Origin: Prevotella sp.
GTDB lineage: Bacteria > Bacteroidota > Bacteroidia > Bacteroidales > Bacteroidaceae
Length of the DNA: 64,000 bases
Assembly (NCBI GenBank): GCA_017428055.1
Contig: JAFRRN010000002.1
Coordinates: 9,803-73,802 of the forward strand
Direction: 5' to 3'
This document shows, in pieces, positions 1 to 8,497 of this stretch. Position 1 is the first letter of the stretch; each line of letters begins with the position of its first letter. Made by a program: the position numbers and the translations under genes. The notes under the pieces were generated by a model. It had not been told where the DNA came from. It worked only from the letters and a program-made list of their open reading frames with translations, and searched no databases.

Positions 1-1
1 A

Positions 2-1969
2 TATGCCTCCACATTGAATGTGGGCGGTACGACAAGCGGAAACCTCTCCACCGTGAGCGTCGGCACGTTGACCATGAACTACGGCTCGCGCGTGGTGCTT
101 GACATCAACGGCAGCGGCGACGAGGAGCATGACTGGCTCAACCTCACCACGCTGACCTTGGACACCGACAAGGTGGGCGATGAGACATGGGAAAACTATG
201 GCCCTGACTATCTCGCTCCCATCTTCCAACTACGCATCGGCGCGACCCTCGCCAATGGCCTCTATCCCATCGGCACGTGCGAGACGGTCAACGGCGACCT
301 CTCCAAGGTCGTCCTTGAAGTTTCGGGCATGGGCTTGAGCAACTTGTCATTGGTGCAGCAAGACGGAATGCTCTATCTGCAAGTGTCTGGTCTTCCCTCC
401 ATCAGTGAACCCACTATCGAGATCGTAAGCATGGCAAACTATGCGGGTATGGGTACCATCTATCCCGCCACGAAGAAGGCAGACTATTACCTCCCTGTGG
501 TGGGCGTGACAACAAGCGATGTCAATGGCGAGACCCCAACCCTATCAGGAACATTCACCTCCCTTGACGGTACGACCAAGAGCATAGGAAGCGAGAGCGG
601 CGAGACCCTCTATAGCCAGAATTATGAGAGCGCAAGCGATGGTAGTGACTGGACAACGCGTTATGCGACAATCGACTTCAAGACTGGTGATGCCACCTAT
701 GGCAAATACGTGCAGATAACACAAAATGGAGGGTCTGGCTCCCGTTCGGCATACAAACAGTTCTATAATACGGGCAACTCCATCTATAGCAGCGATGAAT
801 ACACGATAGAGTTTGATGCAGCTATCCACTACGCACATGGAAACTATGCCGACAACCAAATCATCCTCTATGGCGAAGAGGCGACAAAGCCAGCATCCAA
901 CGCAATGTTTGGAGACAGCAACTACCTGTTTAAGATCTCCGGAGGTGCCAACTATGGAACAACTTACACCGTCGAGGGAACTTCCACTGCCTATTCATTC
1001 ACCGATAACGCATGGTATCATTACTTGATACTGGTGAACAGGACAACGGGATCAGTCACCTACACCATCAAGTCGGGATCCACCGTCGTTGGAACGGGAA
1101 GCTACACCATCAATAACGATGCCATCAGCATGGATGTGCAAGGCATCTTCGTGGGACTGGGCAGGGCTTATTCATACGCCAGCATCGACAACATCGTCGT
1201 GAAGTCGGCGGCGGTAGACCTCTCCAGCTACACTTTCACCGAACCGGGTACATTGACGGTGACCGCCAGCATGGGCGGGTCGTCTTATTCGCCTGCCACG
1301 GCGACTTTCACCGTAGAGAAGCCTTACTACAAGCTTTATGAAAGTCCTGACTACAGCACCATCGCTGCGGCAGATGCCGCCACGGTGTTGGGCGGGTCGT
1401 TCAGCAGTGAGCCGTTCAACTCGCGCTGGGCATATTGGAGCAAGGCCAACGCCACCTACGGCGACAGCTATGTCATGGTGTCAAGCGGCAAGGATAGCGG
1501 CTATTTAGACGATGATGCGATGCTCTATTTCAACCGCACAAGCAGCGACCAGTATCATCTCGTGCAGGGATTCGGCATCGGGCATAACTACATAAAAGGC
1601 AACACCACCGTCTCTGCCGAGAAGTGGGGTGATGAGAACACGCTTGTCTATCACAAGATAGACCTCAGCCGTGGAGGCAATGCGTCGATGGATGAAGGCT
1701 TCACCAATGCCAACAGTGATGGCACATGGAGTTACGATCTGTACCAGAACACTACGCTCTGCCAGGTTGCCGCCTACCTGCCCGTGACAGTCCTCATTGG
1801 CGACCTCAACCACGACGGCTATGTCAACATCACCGACGTGGTAATCCTCTCCAATTACATCCTCGGCAACGAGGGTAATGTCTTCAAGTTTGAGGCAGAC
1901 CTCAATGGCGATGGCAGCGTCAACATCACCGACATCGTGACATTGACCAATCTTGTCCTCAACCAATAA
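2..1969 (+). CDS. Secreted modular protein, 5'-truncated by window edge; jelly-roll-like module, uncharacterised module, C-terminal dockerin
   Basis: Frame is open from nt 2 (no stop before the TTG at 14). Last ~60 aa GDLNHDGYVNITDVVILSNYILG...ADLNGDGSVNITDIVTLTNLVLNQ form two DxNxDGxxxxxD Ca-loop plus helix segments typical of type I dockerins. From ~nt 410 it is paralogous to the C-terminal half of the next gene. Confidence 0.85.
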   Translation, partial: YASTLNVGGTTSGNLSTVSVGTLTMNYGSRVVLDINGSGDEEHDWLNLTTLTLDTDKVGDETWENYGPDYLAPIFQLRIGATLANGLYPIGTCETVNGDLSKVVLEVSGMGLSNLSLVQQDGMLYLQVSGLPSISEPTIEIVSMANYAGMGTIYPATKKADYYLPVVGVTTSDVNGETPTLSGTFTSLDGTTKSIGSESGETLYSQNYESASDGSDWTTRYATIDFKTGDATYGKYVQITQNGGSGSRSAYKQFYNTGNSIYSSDEYTIEFDAAIHYAHGNYADNQIILYGEEATKPASNAMFGDSNYLFKISGGANYGTTYTVEGTSTAYSFTDNAWYHYLILVNRTTGSVTYTIKSGSTVVGTGSYTINNDAISMDVQGIFVGLGRAYSYASIDNIVVKSAAVDLSSYTFTEPGTLTVTASMGGSSYSPATATFTVEKPYYKLYESPDYSTIAAADAATVLGGSFSSEPFNSRWAYWSKANATYGDSYVMVSSGKDSGYLDDDAMLYFNRTSSDQYHLVQGFGIGHNYIKGNTTVSAEKWGDENTLVYHKIDLSRGGNASMDEGFTNANSDGTWSYDLYQNTTLCQVAAYLPVTVLIGDLNHDGYVNITDVVILSNYILGNEGNVFKFEADLNGDGSVNITDIVTLTNLVLNQ

Positions 1970-1987
1970 GCGAAGGAACAATACAGG

Positions 1988-2047
1988 AGGACGAACACGA
2001 ATATCACGAATAAAATGAATAATTCGTATTATATTCGTGTTCGTCCT
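1988..2047 (+). terminator. Hairpin terminator candidate after dockerin gene
   Basis: Perfect 17-bp inverted repeat aggacgaacacgaatat / atattcgtgttcgtcct (1988-2004, 2031-2047), 19 nt after the stop codon. Confidence 0.6.
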
Positions 2048-2127
2048 TAACTGATTTATTGCATTCAAAACGAACAGAATATCTCGAATAAACCGAATGA
2101 CTCGTGTCATTTACTTAATACTATTCT

Positions 2128-5100
2128 ATGAACATAAAATCATTCTTGACATTAGCGTGTCTTGGCATCGCCTCCTTTGCGGCGGCACAGACCAATAACC
2201 TACAAAGCCGTGCATTGTGGGCTTCCATCAACGGTACGAAGAATGCCTCCCTCGGCGACTACCAACAACACACGGGTAAGGTACTCGTGACTTGGCGCAT
2301 GTTGCCAAGCGACAATGGCGACACGGCATTTGACCTCTACCGCACCATCGGAACGGGAACGGAACAGCTCATCGCCAGCAATATTGCGGCAACGAACTAC
2401 CAAGACGCATCGGCAAGCAAGACCGCCGACAACACCTATCGCCTCACCTACGCCGGCAGCAATGAGACCATCGGGACATACACCCTGCCACAGGCACAGG
2501 TGAGTGGCGGGCTTCCCTATATCTCCATTCCTCTGCGCGACACCAAGGATGTGTATGCCAATACCGACAAGATTGTCTACACCGCCAACGACGTGAGTGT
2601 GGGCGACCTCGATGGTGACGGCGAATACGAGATTGTGGTGAAACGTCTGCAGAGCGTGAAGGATGAAGATGGGAATGTCATCAGCGACGGGTCGGGGGCA
2701 AGCTATTCCCAACAAGACTGCCTCTATGCCGTCATCTGGGATGCCTACAGGCTTGACGGCACGTTCCTCTGGCGCATCAAGGGCGGCCCGGGCATCATCC
2801 TCGGCAACAGTTCCTCCTTTGCCATAGCCGACTTCAACGGCGACGGTTGTGCCGAGATGGCAATCCGCACCTGCGAGGGCACGGTCTTTGGCGATGGTAC
2901 GGCGATTGGCGACACCAATGGCGACGGCAAGATAGACTATCGCACATGGGGCAACCTCGGCACATCGAATGAGGGTTATGTAGACCATTACAACTCTGCC
3001 GGCCCGGAGTTTATCTCCATCATCGACGGCAGGACGGGACGGGAGCTTGCCCGTGACAACTTCATCGACCGCGAAACGAGCCTGTCGTGGGGCGACGGTT
3101 ACTGGAAACGTGCCTGTTCGTTCCGCATAGGTGTGGGCTGCTTTGATAATACGGGGCTACCTTCGGTGGTATTGGGGCGTGGTGTCTATGCCCACTCCGT
3201 CATCGAGGCGTGGGATTATCGCAATGGCACGTTGTCCAAGCGTTGGCGGTTTGACACCAACAATAGTGGATATGGCAAGGATGGCAACGCCAATAGTGCC
3301 TACGCAGGGCAGGGCAACCACTCGCTGAATGTGGCAGACCTCGACGGCGACGGCCTCGATGAGGTGATGTATGGTTCGATGGCTGTAGACCACGATGGCA
3401 TAGGCCTATGGACCACCAAACTCGGCCATGGCGATGCCAACCATGTGGGTAAGTTTCTCCCCGCCCGCGACGGCTTGCAGATGTACCACTGCTTGGAGAG
3501 TGGCAAGACGATGGTCGCCCTCCATGATGCCAAGACAGGGGCGGTCATCTGGAAAAAGGATGCGGACAGCGACAACGACATGGGGCGTTGCCTCGTGGCA
3601 GACATCGACCCTAATTCGCCAGGGTGCGAGTTTTGGTACTATGGCAGCAATGCCTATTCGCAAGACGGTGCCACCGACCTGGGCTATAAGCCCGCCTCGT
3701 GTAACATGGCTATCTGGTTTGACGGCACGCTCTCCCGCCAACTCATCAACGAGAACATCATCCACAGCCCCGCCAATGGGCGCACGTTCACCATGTATCG
3801 CTACAACGAGACGTTCATCAACGGCACCAAGTCGAATCCCTCATGGTATGGCGACATCCTCGGCGACTGGCGCGAGGAAGTCATCCTGCCCGATGCCACG
3901 CGCCTACAAGACCTCAAGATCTTCTCCACCTGGTACCCCACCACGCACCGCTTCCCTTGGTTGATGACCGACCACACCTATTGGATGAGTGCGCTCAATG
4001 AGAACATCGGCTACAACCAACCCACCAACGTGGGCTATTACCTCGGTTCAGACCTAACGAGCGACGAGGAGGCATGGGCTGCCGCCAAGGACTTGACGAA
4101 CACGGGCATCTTAGATGCCGACTTCGATGCCACTATAGAAATCACTGGCATGGCGCAATATGCCAACATGGCAACTATCTATCCCGCTACGAAAGAGACA
4201 GACTACTACATGCCCGTGGTGGGCGTGAAGACCACTGATACCCAAGGCAAGGCGGTGACGCTCTCTGGCACCTTTACCGCCCTCGATGGCACAACGACCA
4301 GCATTGGCAGTGGGGTGGGGGACATCATCTATTCCGAGGACTATGAGAACAAGAACAACGCTTCTGACTGGGTGGCACAAAATGGACAGTTGGTCGCCTC
4401 GCTTGGCACGGGCGATGCCACGTATGGCAACTATGTGAGTCTCACCAACAACAGCGGCAGCGGAAATCGCTATGCCAAGAAGGCCATCAGCGGCATCACC
4501 TCCGACAACTATATCCTGGAGTTTGATGCTTTCCTGAAGTCGTCGGGGCATAACAGCCAGGTGACGCAATTGGTGATTGGCACCACCGACCTCAACAAGT
4601 TTAACTATTCCGTGTATGAGGGTGATGAATACATCTTCAGCCTACGCTCCGACGGTTCCTATTCCACCGACTTCTACGTGGCTGGAACGGCGGATAACAA
4701 GAGCGGCACATTCGGCGGCTTCAATGGCTCATGGTGTCATTTCAAGATTGAGGTGAAGGACAAGGTCTATTACACCATCTCAAAGAACGGCACCACGCTG
4801 ATGGAAAAGAGCTACAACATCAAGACGGGACGACAAGCCGCCTGTATCTTCGCCCTTGTGGGACGGCCGGGCAACACCGCTTACACCAACACCTACGGTG
4901 AAATCCTCATTGACAACATCGTGGTGAGAAACGAGCCGGTAGACCTCTCCTCATATACGTTCACCAAGCCCGGTACGCTGACCGTGACCGCCGACATCGG
5001 CGCAACATCGGGCTATGCCCCCGTCACGGCATCGTTTACCGTGGAGAAGCCTTACTATAAGCTTTATGAGAGTCCCGACTACAGCACCATCCAAGCAGTA

Positions 5101-5697
5101 GATGCCGCAACGGTTTTGGGCGGAACGTTCAGCGACACACCATTCACCTCTCGCTGGTCTAATTGGAGCAAGACCAATGCCACCTACGGCGAAAGCTATG
5201 TCATGGTGTCTTCGGGCAAGGAGGGAGGCTATTTAGATGATGATGAAATGCTCTATTTCAACCGAACGAATAGTGCCGTCTTCCATCTCGTGCAAGGTTT
5301 TGGCATCGGTCATAACTATACCAGCGGCAATACACTTGTCTCCGCCAACCGCCTAGGCGACGATAAGACCATCGTCTATCACAAGGCAGACCTCAGCCGT
5401 GGCGGCAACGCCAATATCGATGCTGGCTATGGGTATGCCAATGGCGACGGTACGTGGGCGTATGAGTTGCAGGGCAACACCACGTTCTGCCAGTTTGCCG
5501 CCTACCTTCCCGTCACCGTCCTCATCGGCGACCTCAACCACGACGGTTATGTCAACATCACCGACGTGGTGATCCTCTCCAATTACATCCTCGGCAACGA
5601 GGGTAATGTCTTCCAATTTGAGGCAGACCTTAACGGCGATGGTAGCGTCAACATCACCGACATCGTGACATTGACCAACCTCGTCTTGAACCAATAA
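2128..5697 (+). CDS. PL11-family rhamnogalacturonan lyase (YesW-like beta-propeller) fused to a shared C-terminal module and dockerin
   Basis: Signal peptide MNIKSFLTLACLGIASFAAAQ. Repeated propeller motifs VGDLDGDGEYEIVV, ADFNGDGCAEM, DTNGDGKIDY, AGQGNHSLNVADLDGDGLDEVMYGSMAVDHDG, GDWREEV, GYNQP match my recollection of B. subtilis YesW/YesX PL11. C-terminal ~520 aa is shared with ORF 2-1969. Ends in GDLNHDGYVNITD...ADLNGDGSVNITD dockerin. Confidence 0.9.
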   Translation: MNIKSFLTLACLGIASFAAAQTNNLQSRALWASINGTKNASLGDYQQHTGKVLVTWRMLPSDNGDTAFDLYRTIGTGTEQLIASNIAATNYQDASASKTADNTYRLTYAGSNETIGTYTLPQAQVSGGLPYISIPLRDTKDVYANTDKIVYTANDVSVGDLDGDGEYEIVVKRLQSVKDEDGNVISDGSGASYSQQDCLYAVIWDAYRLDGTFLWRIKGGPGIILGNSSSFAIADFNGDGCAEMAIRTCEGTVFGDGTAIGDTNGDGKIDYRTWGNLGTSNEGYVDHYNSAGPEFISIIDGRTGRELARDNFIDRETSLSWGDGYWKRACSFRIGVGCFDNTGLPSVVLGRGVYAHSVIEAWDYRNGTLSKRWRFDTNNSGYGKDGNANSAYAGQGNHSLNVADLDGDGLDEVMYGSMAVDHDGIGLWTTKLGHGDANHVGKFLPARDGLQMYHCLESGKTMVALHDAKTGAVIWKKDADSDNDMGRCLVADIDPNSPGCEFWYYGSNAYSQDGATDLGYKPASCNMAIWFDGTLSRQLINENIIHSPANGRTFTMYRYNETFINGTKSNPSWYGDILGDWREEVILPDATRLQDLKIFSTWYPTTHRFPWLMTDHTYWMSALNENIGYNQPTNVGYYLGSDLTSDEEAWAAAKDLTNTGILDADFDATIEITGMAQYANMATIYPATKETDYYMPVVGVKTTDTQGKAVTLSGTFTALDGTTTSIGSGVGDIIYSEDYENKNNASDWVAQNGQLVASLGTGDATYGNYVSLTNNSGSGNRYAKKAISGITSDNYILEFDAFLKSSGHNSQVTQLVIGTTDLNKFNYSVYEGDEYIFSLRSDGSYSTDFYVAGTADNKSGTFGGFNGSWCHFKIEVKDKVYYTISKNGTTLMEKSYNIKTGRQAACIFALVGRPGNTAYTNTYGEILIDNIVVRNEPVDLSSYTFTKPGTLTVTADIGATSGYAPVTASFTVEKPYYKLYESPDYSTIQAVDAATVLGGTFSDTPFTSRWSNWSKTNATYGESYVMVSSGKEGGYLDDDEMLYFNRTNSAVFHLVQGFGIGHNYTSGNTLVSANRLGDDKTIVYHKADLSRGGNANIDAGYGYANGDGTWAYELQGNTTFCQFAAYLPVTVLIGDLNHDGYVNITDVVILSNYILGNEGNVFQFEADLNGDGSVNITDIVTLTNLVLNQ

Positions 5698-5820
5698 AGC
5701 ATGGAACGAACTATCACCATCTTTGCCATCACAACAATGTTGTTTCCGCTCATGTAAAGGGCAACAGAAAGGTAAGTGATATTGTGAAACTAAACTAAAG
5801 ATCAATAATAATTAAACGTT

Positions 5821-8088
5821 ATGAAGAATAAAATGTTATGTACACTGGCAGTGCTGCTTTTCATAGGACAGGCTGCCTTGGCCCAGCAGGCAGACTACGG
5901 CAAGTTGTCGGGCCTGATGATTACCAAGTTAAACGAGTATGAAAACCATGTGGCACAGGCGCGGCTCGCAAAAAAGGTCGTGAAGGATGTGTTGCTGATG
6001 CCTTTGGTGAAAGCCGACTCCGAGGAGACGCTGACCCGACAGGGTGTCCATGTGTTCGACCATGTGGGCAACATCTACTTCACCGCCATGCCCATGAGCC
6101 GTGTGGCAGAACTCTCCAACGACGAAGGCGTGGCGCGTATCGAACTGCTCGAGACACCCAAACCGATGATGGACCAGACACCGGGCATCGTGGGAGTCTC
6201 CGACATCTACAACGCCGTCAGCCTGCCACAGGCCTACACGGGTAAGGGCGTGCTCGTCGGCATCAGCGATGGCATGTTCGACTACACCCACCCCATGTTC
6301 CAGAATGCCAACGGCACGACGCGCATCCGCTGGGCGTGGGATATGTATACCGGACGTGGAACCAAAGAGGGATACCTTGGCATCGGCTCGCTCTACGACA
6401 CCCCCGAGAAACTGGCAAAAGCCAGAGGGTCTATCGACTCCGTAGGCATCCATGGCACCCACGTGGCGGGGATTGCCGCCGGCAGCCCCGTGCTGAATGG
6501 CAAATATCGCGGCATCGCCTATGAGTCAGACATTGCCTTGATCACGGCGGATGTCTCCAACAATGTGTACGTCGACGAAAACACGACTTTGGGCAATCTA
6601 CTGTATGCCGACGTGGAACGGGCAAAAGGGGGAAATGCTGAAATCGCCAACTATGTCGAGCGGGACTATTACGGCGGCGCGGCCTGCTTGCTCGGTATCA
6701 AGCGATTCTTTGACTATGCCACCCAGCAGGGAATGCCCGCCGTGCTGAATTGCAGTTGGGGCAACAGCGAGACATACTATAACGACTTTTCGCTGTTGGA
6801 AGAAGTGTTCAACGAACTGACAAAGGTTCCTGGCCACATCATCGTCAGCAGCTCAGGCAACGATTCCGACACCGATTACTACCGTGCCAAGAAGGCCAAC
6901 GAGACGCTCAGCGAGACGCTCAACTACATGGGTGCCTCTGACACAGACGAGAGTCCGTATTCGCTATACATCACCACCAAGGGCAATTTCAAGGTTTTCC
7001 TGTCGGCAACCTTTCCCATAGGAGAAAAGAATGAAGGTTTGGCAGTTATGTTCGACTCTCAAACGCCTAACGACAAGGACAGCCATGTCCTATCCCTGCT
7101 CGACGATGACTATACGCCACACTATTTCGGCTTTAAGGCTGTATATCTACGGGATTTGAAAGATGGAAGGAAAGCCTATCGGCTGGATGTCACCATGCCA
7201 CAGTTGTCCTTTTTCCCCCAAGGCACCACCACAAGGAAGGCAGACCTGATGGTGATTTGTGACCAAGACTACGTGGTGAACGGCTCATTCTCACATATCT
7301 CCTTTTCACGAGGGTTTGGGACAAACCTCGCCGACCATACCGTGAGTATTCCCGCAACATACGACTGCGTGCTGGCGGTAGGGGCCACTAACCACCGCAG
7401 CAACTACGTCAATCAGGCGGGCGCGAGCACCAGTACCACATACAACAACTTCCGGGAGGGACTCATCGTCAGTTGGAGCGGTACAGGCCCCACATTCGAC
7501 GGGCGCACCAAGCCCGACGTGTGCGCACCGGGCTTCAACATTATCTCTGCCGACAACAGCAACCTTATCAAGTCTTTCGCCATAGGTAAGGGACACCAAA
7601 ACGGAATCGTCGAGCAATGGCAGGTTAACGGGCGCACCTATGGCATGTCTGCCGTTTCTGGCACGTCGATGGCAGCACCCGTCGTGTCTGGCATCGTGGC
7701 ACTTTGGCTACAGGCCAAGCCCACGCTGACGCTCACTGAGATCAAGGATGCCCTCGCTGCCACGGCAAAGCACTTAGACCCCGAGATCACTTATCCCAAC
7801 AACATTTTCGGGTACGGAGAGATTGATGCCTACGCGGGACTGCTGAAGATACTGAACATCGACACCGCCATCCCCGAACTGCCACGCCAGCAGGTGCAGG
7901 TCAGCCTCAATGGACAAACCCTGCGCATAGAGGGACAGGGCGATGCACTGGTGACCATCTACAACCTCAAGGGACAGCAGATGCTCAACACCCACGCCAC
8001 AGACGGCACGGTATTGTTGCCCAACCTGCCCAATGGTGTCTATGCCGTGAAGGTCGGAAACCAAGGCTCGACACTGATACGGCTGTAG
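5821..8088 (+). CDS. S8 (subtilisin-family) serine peptidase with T9SS C-terminal sorting domain
   Basis: Signal peptide MKNKMLCTLAVLLFIGQAALAQ. Catalytic motifs GVLVGISDG (Asp), HGTHVAGIAAG (His), NCSWG (Asn), SGTSMAAPVVSGIVALW (Ser). C-terminus VTIYNLKGQQMLNTHATDGTVLLPNLPNGVYAVKVGNQGSTLIRL is a Por-secretion-tail-type CTD. Confidence 0.9.
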   Translation: MKNKMLCTLAVLLFIGQAALAQQADYGKLSGLMITKLNEYENHVAQARLAKKVVKDVLLMPLVKADSEETLTRQGVHVFDHVGNIYFTAMPMSRVAELSNDEGVARIELLETPKPMMDQTPGIVGVSDIYNAVSLPQAYTGKGVLVGISDGMFDYTHPMFQNANGTTRIRWAWDMYTGRGTKEGYLGIGSLYDTPEKLAKARGSIDSVGIHGTHVAGIAAGSPVLNGKYRGIAYESDIALITADVSNNVYVDENTTLGNLLYADVERAKGGNAEIANYVERDYYGGAACLLGIKRFFDYATQQGMPAVLNCSWGNSETYYNDFSLLEEVFNELTKVPGHIIVSSSGNDSDTDYYRAKKANETLSETLNYMGASDTDESPYSLYITTKGNFKVFLSATFPIGEKNEGLAVMFDSQTPNDKDSHVLSLLDDDYTPHYFGFKAVYLRDLKDGRKAYRLDVTMPQLSFFPQGTTTRKADLMVICDQDYVVNGSFSHISFSRGFGTNLADHTVSIPATYDCVLAVGATNHRSNYVNQAGASTSTTYNNFREGLIVSWSGTGPTFDGRTKPDVCAPGFNIISADNSNLIKSFAIGKGHQNGIVEQWQVNGRTYGMSAVSGTSMAAPVVSGIVALWLQAKPTLTLTEIKDALAATAKHLDPEITYPNNIFGYGEIDAYAGLLKILNIDTAIPELPRQQVQVSLNGQTLRIEGQGDALVTIYNLKGQQMLNTHATDGTVLLPNLPNGVYAVKVGNQGSTLIRL

Positions 8089-8113
8089 TTTCCAAAACCA
8101 GTCTCTCTCCTAC

Positions 8114-8164
8114 GTCAACATCACCGACATCGTGACATTGACCAACCTCATCTTGAGTGATTGA
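8114..8164 (+). pseudogene. Orphan dockerin 3'-end remnant (VNITDIVTLTNLILSD-stop)
   Basis: 8114-8156 matches 5647-5689 (3' end of the PL11 gene dockerin) at 42 of 43 nt, and matches 1918-1950. It lies 25 nt after the S8 stop codon, in a different frame, with no upstream ORF. Confidence 0.7.
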
Positions 8165-8172
8165 AAATGGTA

Positions 8173-8222
8173 GATGGAAGATGGAAGATTACGTTGCACC
8201 AACCAATCTTCCATCTTCCATC
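8173..8222 (+). terminator. Hairpin terminator candidate
   Basis: Perfect 18-bp inverted repeat gatggaagatggaagatt / aatcttccatcttccatc with a 14-nt loop, followed by a pyrimidine/T-rich tract. Confidence 0.6.
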
Positions 8223-8484
8223 CCTCTTCCTCTTGTCAATGTTTTTCTCACATAAAAAGCGGCATTTTAATTTCTTTCATTGGTGTTTCGTGGCATAAGG
8301 GGTCGCCTTGCGGCGAGAAATGATACAAAATCCTTTTCAAAATGATTCAAAATACCTTTTGCCCCCACGGTCTCGGATGATTCCGATACCAATTTTGAAA
8401 GATTTTGAATTCCATTTTGTGAGATTACTGCGCGTAGCGCACCCATAATTCTAAATCATCGTTTTCATTCTCCAATCTTTTTCG

Positions 8485-8492
8485 TAACTTTG
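8485..8492 (+). promoter_or_regulatory. Bacteroidota -7 promoter box (TAnnTTTG)
   Basis: taactttg matches TAnnTTTG exactly, 5 nt before ATG 8498. This implies a very short leader or use of Met at 8510. Confidence 0.4.
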
Positions 8493-8497
8493 CAAAC

